From positions 29,579 through 93,578 of IMG/VR virus record IMGVR_UViG_3300031576_000016: DNA of 64,000 nucleotides. One strand, 5' to 3'. Each line of letters begins with the position of its first letter. Position 1 is the stretch's first letter. This stretch comes from a virus. A model generated the notes under the pieces. That model did no database searches. It had not been told where the DNA came from and saw nothing but the letters and a program-made list of their open reading frames with translations. The position numbers were made by a program, and so were the translations under genes. Of the stretch, positions 1 to 9,347 are shown one piece after another.

Positions 1-1334
1 CAGCGCGGCGCACACCGGAAGACAAACCGGTCAACTACGAACACAACTGTTCCGACATCATCGGCCACATGATTGGCTGCTATGTCATTGGTGAAAATTC
101 TGAGTTGGTCACGGACGAGTCCGTGGTTGATGACCTGCCATCGAAGTTCCACATTGTCGTTGGCGCGGTCCTCTACAAGTATTGGGACAAGCCGGACCTT
201 CAAGAACGTATGGACAACGTCCTGCGCGAAATCGCTCAGGGCGGCTGGTTCGTGTCGATGGAAGCTCTATTCAAGGGCTTCGACTATGCGGTTGTTGCCA
301 ATGACGGCACAGCGCGCATCATCGCTCGCAATGAGGAGACAGCCTTCCTCACAAAACATCTGCGGGCATATGGCGGCACTGGTGCTTATGAGGACATGAA
401 GGTGGGGCGCTTGCTCCGCAACATCGTGTTTTCTGGCAAGGGATTGGTTCGCAAGCCTGCCAACCCAGACAGTGTCATCCTTACTCAGGCCAACGATTTT
501 CGAGGAACCTTGGGCAAACTGTCTGAATTTTTGCGCGCAAAGCTAGAATCGGGGTATTCAGAAGTAGCCTCACTGTCCTCGGATGTGACTCCAAAGGAGC
601 GAAGAGATAACATGGCAACCGAAAACGAAACACTGCAAAAGCAGCTTGCGGCTCTTCAAGCCGATAACGAAAAGCTTCAGAAGCAACTGGCTGATACCAA
701 CAGCAAGCAGTTGGAAGCTCAGGTCAAGGCTGCTGAAGACGCGAAGGCGAAGTCCGACGAAGCTCTCAAGACAGCGAATGAAAAGATTGTCGCTCTTGAG
801 AAGAATGCCGCGACCATCGCCGACGAAGTCAAGGCTCTCAAGGCAACCATCGAGAAGAGTGAAACGGCGCACAAGGCTGTGTCCGACGAACTCAACACCA
901 TCAAGGAAAAGGTCAAGACGGCTGCTCGCATTGCAGCGGTCAAGACTGCGCTGAAGGTCAATGAGAGTGACGCCGAAGCGGTCAAGGCCGCTGAAGAACT
1001 GGCGACCACGCTCACGAATCTCAGTGACGAGGGCTTCGCTGCCCACTTGAAGGCCATCTCGAAGTTCACGCCCGCGCAGCTGCCTCCGAAGGGCACGCCG
1101 GCCAAGGACCCGCCGAAGGCGACCAACAAGCCGGCTCCGATGAGCGGCAAGGGGTCTGAAACTGAAGACCCGGCTGAAGGCGCTGCCGACTCGAAGACTC
1201 TCGACGACGCGGAGCCAGACGCAGAGGCTGCTCTGGCAACTTCTGAAGCCGCCGGAGCCCAAGTCCAAGCGGTGCGTAAAAGCATCGCGAGCTACTTCGG
1301 CTGCGAACCGGACGAAGAGAACGCCGAAGAGTAA
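1..1334 (+). CDS. Prohead protease fused to a C-terminal scaffold (5' end outside the window)
   Basis: The frame is open from the window edge. Motifs KPVNYEH..IIGH, VSMEA and FSGKGLVRKPANP are typical of phage prohead serine proteases. A coiled-coil, acidic C-terminal half follows, and the gene lies upstream of the capsid genes. Confidence 0.8.
   Translation, partial: ARRTPEDKPVNYEHNCSDIIGHMIGCYVIGENSELVTDESVVDDLPSKFHIVVGAVLYKYWDKPDLQERMDNVLREIAQGGWFVSMEALFKGFDYAVVANDGTARIIARNEETAFLTKHLRAYGGTGAYEDMKVGRLLRNIVFSGKGLVRKPANPDSVILTQANDFRGTLGKLSEFLRAKLESGYSEVASLSSDVTPKERRDNMATENETLQKQLAALQADNEKLQKQLADTNSKQLEAQVKAAEDAKAKSDEALKTANEKIVALEKNAATIADEVKALKATIEKSETAHKAVSDELNTIKEKVKTAARIAAVKTALKVNESDAEAVKAAEELATTLTNLSDEGFAAHLKAISKFTPAQLPPKGTPAKDPPKATNKPAPMSGKGSETEDPAEGAADSKTLDDAEPDAEAALATSEAAGAQVQAVRKSIASYFGCEPDEENAEE
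612..1334 (+). CDS. Probable nested in-frame scaffolding protein (MATENETLQKQL...)
   Basis: In-frame ATG at 612 with a purine-rich leader, exactly at the switch to heptad coiled coil. A late-promoter-like GGGTA motif lies at 552. Confidence 0.55.
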   Translation: MATENETLQKQLAALQADNEKLQKQLADTNSKQLEAQVKAAEDAKAKSDEALKTANEKIVALEKNAATIADEVKALKATIEKSETAHKAVSDELNTIKEKVKTAARIAAVKTALKVNESDAEAVKAAEELATTLTNLSDEGFAAHLKAISKFTPAQLPPKGTPAKDPPKATNKPAPMSGKGSETEDPAEGAADSKTLDDAEPDAEAALATSEAAGAQVQAVRKSIASYFGCEPDEENAEE

Positions 1335-1370
1335 TCCCAAGACAGAAACCTACAAAGGAGACTTCGTCCC

Positions 1371-1838
1371 ATGCTGAAACCTGACCGAGTAATTCTCGAA
1401 ACTGACATCACTCTGACCTGTGAATCCGTCGCAGAGCGCGGCGTCGTCCTATGCCACAAGACCAGCGGTTCTGGTGCGGCGATGGGCGACCATGCAGGCC
1501 AGTCCGACTTGTATGCGAACCCTTCTGGAAAGAAGGTCGCGGGTCTGCTGATGTGCGACGTGGTCAACGTTGACCTCACGCGCTATCACCTGAACTTCCA
1601 CAAGGACGAAGTCCCTGTTGGAAACCGCGTGTGGTTGCTCCGCAAGGGCACTGTCGTGACCGACAAGGTCACCGGCTCGCCGACTGCTGGCGCGACTGCG
1701 TACTTGACTGCCAACGGCGTTCTGACTCCGACTGTGTCCGCGACTGGCGGCGTTGTTGCAACACCAAAGGTCGGCGAGTTTGCCGGCGGTCTGGATGAGA
1801 ACGGCTTCGTTCGAGTTCACATCAACCTACCGGCCTAA
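1371..1838 (+). CDS. Capsid decoration/cement protein
   Basis: 155 aa, Gly-rich beta protein (GTVVTDKV, PTAGATAYLTANG, GFVRVHINL) between scaffold and major capsid. AAGGAG RBS. Confidence 0.7.
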   Translation: MLKPDRVILETDITLTCESVAERGVVLCHKTSGSGAAMGDHAGQSDLYANPSGKKVAGLLMCDVVNVDLTRYHLNFHKDEVPVGNRVWLLRKGTVVTDKVTGSPTAGATAYLTANGVLTPTVSATGGVVATPKVGEFAGGLDENGFVRVHINLPA

Positions 1839-1862
1839 CCCACGGACAGAAACCATAGGAGT

Positions 1863-2897
1863 ATGACACAAATGGCAACCAAGCGCCTCAAAAAGCCGAC
1901 CCCTGAAATGAACGCACTTCTGGTGCGTGCAGGGTCCAATGACTACGAAGTCGCTCGCGCGGCTCAACGTGAGCTTGCGAAGGCACTCTCGCTTCCCCTG
2001 AAGCAAGGTGTCATGAAGGGCGACATCATCGCGGGCATCTTCGAGCCCATCCGATTTCAACCGGGTGCCGCAACGGAATTCCCTCTCGACTTCCTCAGCC
2101 CAGGAACTGAGAAGGACTTCGTGGCCTACACGATTCCGAGTGTTGGCCGCATTCCCGAACGTCACATCGAAGGCGATTACGTCATGGTTCCGACCTATGA
2201 CGTTGGCTCCTCGATTGACTGGCACCTGAAGTACGCGCGTGACGCACGCTGGGACATCATCGGCCGAGCCATGCTCGTCCTTGAGTCCGGCTTCGTCCGC
2301 AAGGCCAACAACGACGGCTGGCACACGCTGCTTGCAGCGGGCGTCGGTCGCAACTTGGTCTCCTACGACGACAAGTCCACTGCTGGCCTCTTCACGAAGC
2401 GCCTCGTCGCCATCATGAAGACCGTCATGCGGCGCAATGCGGGCGGCAACAGTACCTCCCTCAACCAGGGCAAGCTGACCGACCTGTACATCAGCCCGGA
2501 AGGTCTCGAAGACATCCGGTCCTGGGACTTGAGCCAGATTGACGAGTTCACTCGTCGCGAAATCTTCCTCGCTGGCGGAAGCGGTCCTGACGGCGTGGCC
2601 GCGCTGTCCAAGATTTTCGGCGTCGTGCTTCACGACATCGACGAGCTTGGCGTGGGCCAGGAATACCAGGGCTACTACGAAGACACCCTCGGCGGCACGT
2701 TCCCGGACGACAAAGTGGAACTCGTCGTTGGTCTCGACATGCAGAATCGCGACTCCTTCGTGATGCCGATTCGCGCTGAAGTCGAAATCTTCGAGGACCC
2801 GACCTTCCACCGTCAACGTCGGGCTGGCGTCTATGGCTTCGGCGAGCACGGCTTTGCCGTTCTCGACAGCCGACGCATCCTCCTGGGCGCATTCTAA
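1863..2897 (+). CDS. Major capsid protein (HK97-like fold expected)
   Basis: 344 aa with strongly biased codons. It follows protease/scaffold/decoration and precedes a strong terminator. The C-terminus GVYGFGEHGFAVLD is capsid-like. Confidence 0.85.
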   Translation: MTQMATKRLKKPTPEMNALLVRAGSNDYEVARAAQRELAKALSLPLKQGVMKGDIIAGIFEPIRFQPGAATEFPLDFLSPGTEKDFVAYTIPSVGRIPERHIEGDYVMVPTYDVGSSIDWHLKYARDARWDIIGRAMLVLESGFVRKANNDGWHTLLAAGVGRNLVSYDDKSTAGLFTKRLVAIMKTVMRRNAGGNSTSLNQGKLTDLYISPEGLEDIRSWDLSQIDEFTRREIFLAGGSGPDGVAALSKIFGVVLHDIDELGVGQEYQGYYEDTLGGTFPDDKVELVVGLDMQNRDSFVMPIRAEVEIFEDPTFHRQRRAGVYGFGEHGFAVLDSRRILLGAF

Positions 2898-2935
2898 GCG
2901 TTCCCATCTACCTCCTGTGATGGGTGCAGGGTTCG

Positions 2936-2969
2936 AGGGGCGGTCCTGATGGACCGCCCCTTTTCTTTT
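2936..2969 (+). terminator. Rho-independent terminator after the capsid gene
   Basis: AGGGGCGGTCC-TGAT-GGACCGCCCCT, a perfect 11-bp stem followed by a T-rich tract. Confidence 0.9.
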
Positions 2970-2970
2970 C

Positions 2971-2985
2971 GTGTATCTTCCTTGG
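2971..2985 (+). promoter_or_regulatory. Putative phage late promoter (GTGTA motif)
   Basis: GTGTATCTTCCTTGG immediately after the terminator. The same GTGTA core recurs at 5909, 7549, 9318 and 43511. Confidence 0.55.
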
Positions 2986-2998
2986 GAGGACACTCTGC

Positions 2999-3517
2999 AT
3001 GGCACTACCAACTGAACTCACCGACATACTTCGCGTCTTGGTCAATGACGCTGATTCGACTTCTTACACGGACGCAATTCTGGAAAAGACGCTCGCTGTA
3101 GCGGCTCGCCAGGTCACCGTCGAGATGGACTTCACTCAAGACTTCAAGATTACCATCGGCACGACGCCGGCTATCGCGCCGGACCCAACAGACGATGCTG
3201 GTGGAACACGCGACGACTCATTCATCAACCTCGCGACTCTCAAGGCGGCTTGCATCATGGACCAGGGGGCCGCGCTCCTGGCTGCGAAGCAAGCCATCGC
3301 GGTCGGCGACGGCTCATCGAAGATTGACTTGCGCGAACGCGCAGCGTGGTTGCTCAAGCTGCTGGAAAAAGGCTGGTGTGCAGCCTTCGAGAACGCCAAG
3401 CTCGAATATAAGTCCGGGCAGGTACAGGTTGCTGGAGCGGCCGTCATGACCCCGTTCCGCCTTTACGCGGCTGGCATGTTCGGCGGACGCGATGTCCGCA
3501 GCGTCATGAACTACTAA
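2999..3517 (+). CDS. Head-tail adaptor/connector-like protein
   Basis: ATG 2999 with GGAGGA RBS. LRVLVND..YTD..LE resembles gp6/gp15-type adaptors, and the position after the capsid gene fits. Confidence 0.65.
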   Translation: MALPTELTDILRVLVNDADSTSYTDAILEKTLAVAARQVTVEMDFTQDFKITIGTTPAIAPDPTDDAGGTRDDSFINLATLKAACIMDQGAALLAAKQAIAVGDGSSKIDLRERAAWLLKLLEKGWCAAFENAKLEYKSGQVQVAGAAVMTPFRLYAAGMFGGRDVRSVMNY

Positions 3518-3526
3518 GGAGAAACT

Positions 3527-3721
3527 ATGGCAGTCCTAATCCGCCTTCGCACTGATGAAGACGTGGTCAACGGTCTGGTGACCGTGCGGCCGCGCGACAA
3601 CGGAGCCCGCGACGAATATACGCCGGCTGGGGCTCAAAGCATTCCCTCGGGTGAAGACCCGGGGCACTGGTCCGTCCTGGACGGCCGCTACATCACTGAC
3701 CCAACAGGATGGAATGGCTAA
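3527..3721 (+). CDS. Small hypothetical protein (64 aa)
   Basis: AAGGAG RBS; its stop overlaps the next ATG. Confidence 0.65.
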   Translation: MAVLIRLRTDEDVVNGLVTVRPRDNGARDEYTPAGAQSIPSGEDPGHWSVLDGRYITDPTGWNG

Positions 3722-4245
3722 TGGGAAAAATCTTCACGCTCGATGCCGATGTCAAGAACATCATTCGCGATGCCATCGACGACCTCATTCTCGAACTCGG
3801 CAAGGATTGTCTTTTGGTCTATCCGCCGAAGATGACTTTGTGCGTCAACTGCGTGAGCGACCCCATCGGACACAAGCCATCCAATCGTTGGAAAAATGGT
3901 GGGCCCATGCGCTTTCCTCTGGGCTCGCTCTGTCCACTTTGCAATGGCGAAGGCAGACGGGCCGAAGAAGTGACCGAGACACTGCGCTTTCTCTGCGAAT
4001 GGGACCCAAAGAAGTTTCTCAAGCCGGTTCAAGGCGTGGACCTACGGGTGCCCTACGGCATGTGTCAGACCAAGGGCTACCTTACGGACTTGCCGAAGGT
4101 GCTTCGCTGCGACCACATGATTCTTCAGAACAACATCAGCGGCGTCCTGCGACTGAAGTACAAATTGGCTGGCGAGCCTGGCGACTACTCGAACATCATC
4201 CAGGGTCGCTATTTTGTGGCCACGTGGGAACGCACCAACCAATGA
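3721..4245 (+). CDS. Head closure/neck protein with CxxC motifs
   Basis: CVNC...CPLCNGEG insertion in a neck-module gene; coupled start at 3721. Confidence 0.6.
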   Translation: MGKIFTLDADVKNIIRDAIDDLILELGKDCLLVYPPKMTLCVNCVSDPIGHKPSNRWKNGGPMRFPLGSLCPLCNGEGRRAEEVTETLRFLCEWDPKKFLKPVQGVDLRVPYGMCQTKGYLTDLPKVLRCDHMILQNNISGVLRLKYKLAGEPGDYSNIIQGRYFVATWERTNQ

Positions 4246-4940
4246 TAGACATCACGCTGGACATCGACCCTGTTCTCGTTGAGCAGGAGATAGCACAGGC
4301 CCTGGTCAGGAAGTTCTCTGGCATTCTCAGTTCGATGATTGGGCCGGTTCGGGCTCGTGTGGCGGAAGCAATCGAGACGCTCATCAAGCAGTCGCCGGAG
4401 TATGTCTCTTTGACTGAGTCGCGCGGCCAACTGCGTGGTGAACTTGGTCTCATTGGCGGCGGTCCCAGGCCGACAATTGACCCAGAGTCGTTCATCAACC
4501 TGCTCATCAACACAATTCAAAACAATGTCGAAGTTGAACTGGAGCCATTTATCCGGACCGGTTCCACTTTCGTTGGTGGGCTCGTGGTCCGCGTGCTACG
4601 CTCGCAATTCGACGACCTGGTCGCGTTGAGCGGCGCTGTCTACGTCTCTCCCGAGCGCGGCTACAGCATCCCTTGGCTGAATTGGCTTTTGCTTGGAGGT
4701 CCCGGGGACCTCATCACAACCCATTGGTACATGCACACCGGAGAAACCGAACATAGGTCTCGTACCGGCATGGGCGTCATGGTTCCGGTAGGCGGCGGGC
4801 ATTCCGGCTGGGGACTTGGGCCCAACGGCGGCACCCCTGACAACAACTGGTTGACTCGCTCGCTCGCGCCGCTCGTCAATGGGCAGCCGAAAGGCGTCAT
4901 CCATGTGATTCTCGAAGAAGAGCTACTCAGGAGGACATAA
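4242..4940 (+). CDS. Neck/tail completion protein (HK97 gp10-like position)
   Basis: ATGA overlap at 4242, PWLNWLLLGG motif, synteny. Confidence 0.55.
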   Translation: MIDITLDIDPVLVEQEIAQALVRKFSGILSSMIGPVRARVAEAIETLIKQSPEYVSLTESRGQLRGELGLIGGGPRPTIDPESFINLLINTIQNNVEVELEPFIRTGSTFVGGLVVRVLRSQFDDLVALSGAVYVSPERGYSIPWLNWLLLGGPGDLITTHWYMHTGETEHRSRTGMGVMVPVGGGHSGWGLGPNGGTPDNNWLTRSLAPLVNGQPKGVIHVILEEELLRRT

Positions 4941-5905
4941 TGTCTGACTATACGAAACTGAAGGGCATCCAGCACATCGGCGATGTCCTTTTGAGCAAGA
5001 CCCTCGAAACCAACATCATCACCTATTTCAATTGGGGCCTCCTGGAAGTCGGCGGCTTTTTCAATGTGTCCATTCCGTCGCCCGGCGTCTATGGCGGCGA
5101 CCAGCACAAGCTTCGCCTGGTGAGTGAGGACCCATACTACAGCACTGGTCAGGTTTGGGAGGGGTTCCGAAGTGATTGGGTGTGGGAGACCGGCGTCGAA
5201 TACGACTACCAACCAATCCGCGTCAGCGGCGTGAATGTCGATGGCACGTTCTACCCGACAGCGACCACGACGGGCACCTATGCTCACAAAATCAACTACC
5301 CACTTGGGCGTGTGACATTTGACAATGCCATTCCGCCCACCAGTGTTGTGACATGCGAACATAGCTACCGCTATGTCCATTTCACCCACGGCGGTGTGCC
5401 TTGGTGGAGGCAGATACAGACCAACTCCATGCGTGGGGACGACGTTCATTTCCTTCAGCAGGGAAGCGGAGCATGGTCCATCCTAGCTCAAAATCGTATT
5501 CAGCTGCCGGCTGTCATTGTGGAAGCCACGCCACGGACATCGCGCCGGCCATATGAAATCGGCAGCACGCGAGCCTGGGTTCGTCAGGATGTGCTGTTCC
5601 ATGTCTTGGCTGACAATCCGGACGACGTGAAGTTTCTGCACGACGCCATCACCTACCAGTGGCAAAAGCAGTTCTTTCTATTCGACCTGAATCGCATGTT
5701 CCAAGACGAGAAATTCCCATTGGACGCAGGCGGGTCGCCAGTGACCGGCGCAATGATGTATCCGCAATTGGTCGCCCCTACAGGCGAAGGCGGCTACCGC
5801 TGGAACATTGTCAGCACGGCCAACATGCAGTCTACAGACGCGAGTATGCCCGGGTCCATATGGGCGACCACAATTCGTGGCACATTTGAACTGGATTTAC
5901 CGTAA
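4940..5905 (+). CDS. Tail terminator-like virion protein
   Basis: Directly before the tail tube. The C-terminal QLPAVIVE...DVLFHVLA pattern is terminator-like. Confidence 0.55.
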   Translation: MSDYTKLKGIQHIGDVLLSKTLETNIITYFNWGLLEVGGFFNVSIPSPGVYGGDQHKLRLVSEDPYYSTGQVWEGFRSDWVWETGVEYDYQPIRVSGVNVDGTFYPTATTTGTYAHKINYPLGRVTFDNAIPPTSVVTCEHSYRYVHFTHGGVPWWRQIQTNSMRGDDVHFLQQGSGAWSILAQNRIQLPAVIVEATPRTSRRPYEIGSTRAWVRQDVLFHVLADNPDDVKFLHDAITYQWQKQFFLFDLNRMFQDEKFPLDAGGSPVTGAMMYPQLVAPTGEGGYRWNIVSTANMQSTDASMPGSIWATTIRGTFELDLP

Positions 5906-5908
5906 GCG

Positions 5909-5923
5909 GTGTAAATCTTAGTG
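5909..5923 (+). promoter_or_regulatory. Putative late promoter for the tail tube gene
   Basis: GTGTAAATCTTAGTG, intergenic. Confidence 0.55.
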
Positions 5924-5969
5924 GGCAACGAACGGATAGTCTAACAACCCCACAGGGAGCACAACGAAC

Positions 5970-6995
5970 ATGGCAAATAAGCGCATCTTCTATGCCGTGC
6001 AGCAAGCCGCCTTTACCAAGTGCGGCATCGAGGCGTATTCTTCGCCCGACGACAAGGCTGTTCACGGCCTTCAGAGCCTCGGCATCAACACCAAGTTCAA
6101 CCTTGAACAGGTGTTCGAGATTGGTCAGATTTCCATCTACCAAAACATCGAGAACATTCCGGACGTGGAAATCACGATGGAAAAGGTTCTCGACGGCTAC
6201 CCGCTGATTTACCACCTTGCCACGCACGGTGCGACGGTCCCGAGTCTCTCGGGTCGCGCAAACGTCAAGGCAACGGTTGGTCTGTCGATTTTCAACGACA
6301 CGCAGGACTCCGCGTCCGGCACCACGATTGCTCAATGCCAGATGTCTGGTGTGTACGTGAGTTCGCTCGCCTACAACATCCAGGTCCAGGGCAACGCGAC
6401 TGAGCAAGTCACCATCGTGGGCAACAACAAGGTGTGGAACAACGCCTTCACCACGACTTCCTTCGACAACGATGACGCGCCGCTCGCGACCGAAGGCGTC
6501 AACCGTCGTCAGCACATCAAGTTCGGTGCGTCTGACCCGGCCGGCCCGGTCAACAGTCACTTGCCGCAGGACATCCCGGGCATCACAAGCTCCGGCACGA
6601 ACGAACTGACCAACGGCGAGTTCGGTGCTCACGTTCAGAGCATCAAGGTTTCCGCAAACCTTGGCCGCGAACAACTGTTCGAGCTTGGCCGCAAGGGTCC
6701 GTTCCACCGCTACGTCAACTTCCCGGTCGAAGTTCGTTGCGACATCGAAGTCCTCAGCACGGCCGGCGACCAGGTCAGCGCTCTCGAAGAAGCGAGCAAC
6801 CTGACTGACCGCAAGATTTTCATCTGGATGACCGAAGGCACGAAGCTCGACCTCGGCACCAAGTCCAAGTTGGCCTCGGTCAACTACGGTGGTGCGAATG
6901 CTGGTCAGAACGGCGGCAACGCCACTGTGACCTACAGCTATGTGACCTTCAACGACCTTACTGTCACGCATCCCGAAGACCCGAGCGCGTTGTAA
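5970..6995 (+). CDS. Major tail tube protein (two tandem tube domains)
   Basis: 341 aa with highly biased codons. Internal repeat: GLQSLGINTKFNLEQVFEIG vs HVQSIKVSANLGREQLFELG. Upstream of the TMP and followed by a terminator. Confidence 0.8.
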   Translation: MANKRIFYAVQQAAFTKCGIEAYSSPDDKAVHGLQSLGINTKFNLEQVFEIGQISIYQNIENIPDVEITMEKVLDGYPLIYHLATHGATVPSLSGRANVKATVGLSIFNDTQDSASGTTIAQCQMSGVYVSSLAYNIQVQGNATEQVTIVGNNKVWNNAFTTTSFDNDDAPLATEGVNRRQHIKFGASDPAGPVNSHLPQDIPGITSSGTNELTNGEFGAHVQSIKVSANLGREQLFELGRKGPFHRYVNFPVEVRCDIEVLSTAGDQVSALEEASNLTDRKIFIWMTEGTKLDLGTKSKLASVNYGGANAGQNGGNATVTYSYVTFNDLTVTHPEDPSAL

Positions 6996-7006
6996 CCAAA
7001 CGCTCC

Positions 7007-7477
7007 TCACGGAGCATCCAAGGCCGAGACATTTGTCTCGGCCTTTTCTTTTTGATGTGGGCAGTAGCCGTAGAAGCCGATGGAGCAGTTGCAGTTCATA
7101 CATAGAACGCGATACCCTGGCGGGAAGCCTTCGCGCTTGAGCCAGAGATAGAACTTTCTACCAGTCATGCCAGATTTGCGGTGTTGATTGCCGCCTCCGT
7201 CGATGTGGTCGAGAGTCAGAAACTCAAGACGCCATTCTCCGCAACACGCACACTTCATGGTTCCCTTGCTGTAGGCTGAAAGAATCTCATGTCGCCAGCG
7301 TTGGTAGTCTTTCTTTTGAGCTACTCGCTCTACAGCACGAACCTGCGGCTGCTTTCGCCTGGCTCTAGCATAGACATTGTGACATGCTTTGCATATCTCT
7401 TGTCGCCTAGCTTTCGACATCTCTGACATTGGTTTTGTGTGACCGCACTTTTTACACCTGACTTCTGTGGTCTTCAT
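7007..7477 (-). mobile_element. Free-standing HNH homing endonuclease
   Basis: CACCGE..LTLDHIDGGG...VLCMNCN HNH motif with an N-terminal CxxC..CxxC. Inserted antisense in the tail operon. Confidence 0.85.
7020..7053 (+). terminator. Rho-independent terminator after the tail tube gene
   Basis: AAGGCCGAGAC-ATTT-GTCTCGGCCTT 11-bp stem plus T tract; it lies inside the 3' end of the antisense HNH gene. Confidence 0.85.
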
Positions 7478-7548
7478 TGTAACCCTTCCTTGGATAACCG
7501 TGACTCATCCAAAGGATGATACATTCGCCACGTCGAAGCCGACCACTC

Positions 7549-7563
7549 GTGTAATATCAGGCG
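7549..7563 (+). promoter_or_regulatory. Putative late promoter
   Basis: GTGTAATATCAGGCG upstream of the 7670 gene. Confidence 0.5.
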
Positions 7564-7669
7564 GGAGAGTTTCACTCTAGGCGGTGAAACTCAGGATGGT
7601 GAAAGATGAAACTTGTTGTTCACTACGGAGTGAACCAGCCATCATTAGTAAACGGAAGGAACGCAAAGC

Positions 7670-7858
7670 GTGGAACCACTTCAGTACGAAGCAATCTGCA
7701 AATACGTCGGCAAGCTCTTTCTCGAAAGCAACTCACAACTCGAATCACAGTCGGCATTCTTCCACGCGAAGATGCAGGAACTCCGCGAGCAAGTCAAGAA
7801 GCTTGAGCAGGAGAGGGATGAGGCTCTGCGACTCATCGCCACGACGAAGCGGGAGTAA
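7670..7858 (+). CDS. Small coiled-coil hypothetical protein
   Basis: GTG start, AAGGAA leader, heptad pattern, ends 2 nt before the next gene. Confidence 0.55.
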   Translation: MEPLQYEAICKYVGKLFLESNSQLESQSAFFHAKMQELREQVKKLEQERDEALRLIATTKRE

Positions 7859-7860
7859 TA

Positions 7861-8943
7861 GTGCAGCCTCACGAACGCGAACTTATCGTTGCCCGCATCT
7901 GCTCGGGCACCGTTCGTTGCCCGGTCCATTTCGACGGCCGCAACACCACCATCATCATGCGTCAGCCGACGCGCGAGCAACTCTACATCGCCGCCGAACT
8001 GTTCACTGATGTGTTTCGGGAGTCCGAGCTTGAGGGCCTCTTCAGCGAAGATGAGCTTTATGCGTTCTTGATGGACAACGACCTCTGGACTCTGGAAAAA
8101 GATAAGCAATACGTCGGGCTCCCCAAGGACATTGAGGAGTTCAAGCTGAAGCTGTTCAAGCTCACGTTCAAGTCGAATGAGCGGCAAGTCGCACGCAAGG
8201 CCCTGGCCCTGGCCAAGAGCGTCTATGCCGGGCTCGCCGCCGAGCGAGCGATGTATGCACACCTTTCCTGCCAAGGCGCAGCCAATCTTGCACGGAACAG
8301 GTATTTGTTGGGCTGCTCGATGTATTATCCAAACGGAAGCCCCGTCTTCGTTGGCGAGACCTTCTGGGAGGAGCCAAGTGACCTCCTGGACCTGGTCATG
8401 CAGTCTCAGAGCCATCTGCGTCTTGGCGAGGAAGCCATTCGCGAGATAGCCCGGACCGACCCCTGGCGAAGTATTTGGATATGCAGGAAGGGAGAGGGGC
8501 ACGTCTTTGGCGTGTCGCCCGTCGATTACACGGAGGAACAACGGTCGCTTGTGGGTTGGTCGAATCTCTACGACAACATCTACGAGCATCCGGACTGCCC
8601 ATCTGATGACATCATCGAAGACGACGACATGCTGGATGGCTGGCTCATCGACCAGCGGAGACAGCGTGAAGCGCGCCAACTCAAGAAGTCCGCCGAAGAC
8701 ATCGTGTCCAACGAAAAGATTCGTGGCAGCAGCGAAATCTTCGTCCCGGCCGGCACAAGCAAGGATGCCGCGAAAATCAATGAGCTAAACGACGAGATGA
8801 CTCGGGGCTTGTTGAAGCAGCGGTTCGACTACCTCAAGAAACACGGCAAGGTTGCTGAACAGGATATGCCGGACACGAAACGTAGGCTGCAAATGGCGGC
8901 GGCTGACTTGGGCGCGAAAGCCATAACAGGAAAGACACAGTAA
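7861..8943 (+). CDS. Hypothetical protein, possible tail assembly factor
   Basis: 360-aa ORF between tube and TMP. Confidence 0.6.
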   Translation: MQPHERELIVARICSGTVRCPVHFDGRNTTIIMRQPTREQLYIAAELFTDVFRESELEGLFSEDELYAFLMDNDLWTLEKDKQYVGLPKDIEEFKLKLFKLTFKSNERQVARKALALAKSVYAGLAAERAMYAHLSCQGAANLARNRYLLGCSMYYPNGSPVFVGETFWEEPSDLLDLVMQSQSHLRLGEEAIREIARTDPWRSIWICRKGEGHVFGVSPVDYTEEQRSLVGWSNLYDNIYEHPDCPSDDIIEDDDMLDGWLIDQRRQREARQLKKSAEDIVSNEKIRGSSEIFVPAGTSKDAAKINELNDEMTRGLLKQRFDYLKKHGKVAEQDMPDTKRRLQMAAADLGAKAITGKTQ

Positions 8944-9323
8944 TGGACCAAATGGACCGGCTACGCAACGTGGCCAACACTCGTAAGGAAGTTGAAGAGC
9001 ACGCGACCCAGCGAAGCTTCCAGGAAGCCTCCAGGCGGCGTCTGCTCAAGATACTCGAAAAGAAGCTCCACACGGCGTTCATCGGAGCCCTGTCGCACGT
9101 TGAGACCCACTTCGGTAGGCTCTGGGGGCATGGCAAGGACGAGATGGATTGCACTGAACAAGAACTGGCCTGGCGTGAGATTTGGAATCTGTGTCGCACG
9201 GATATTCTCACCAACGGCAACAATCAGCTTCGCGCGGTGCAGGCTGAGATGCAGTTGTACAAGATTGAGTGGAATCGGTATTCCACTCAGCTAGTAGTGA
9301 AACGGAATGGCCAGGACGTGTAG
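8943..9323 (+). CDS. Hypothetical protein
   Basis: TAATG coupling; 126 aa. Confidence 0.65.
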   Translation: MDQMDRLRNVANTRKEVEEHATQRSFQEASRRRLLKILEKKLHTAFIGALSHVETHFGRLWGHGKDEMDCTEQELAWREIWNLCRTDILTNGNNQLRAVQAEMQLYKIEWNRYSTQLVVKRNGQDV

Positions 9324-9332
9324 TATCTGGCA
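9318..9332 (+). promoter_or_regulatory. Putative late promoter
   Basis: GTGTAGTATCTGGCA just upstream of the AGGAGG RBS of the 9348 gene. Confidence 0.5.
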
Positions 9333-9347
9333 CAAAGGAGGAGGCAC

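Noticed and set aside
2898-2940. GGTTCGA plus a small hairpin after the capsid gene, resembling a tRNA T-loop
   Set aside because: No cloverleaf can be built, and the sequence runs into the terminator stem.
3651-4241. N-terminal extension of ORF 3651..4940
   Set aside because: It overlaps the 3721..4245 gene; the ATGA-coupled start at 4242 is more plausible.
7584-8009. Alternative ORFs 7584..8009 and 7606..7806
   Set aside because: They overlap the better-supported 7670..7858 and 7861..8943 genes and have implausible composition.
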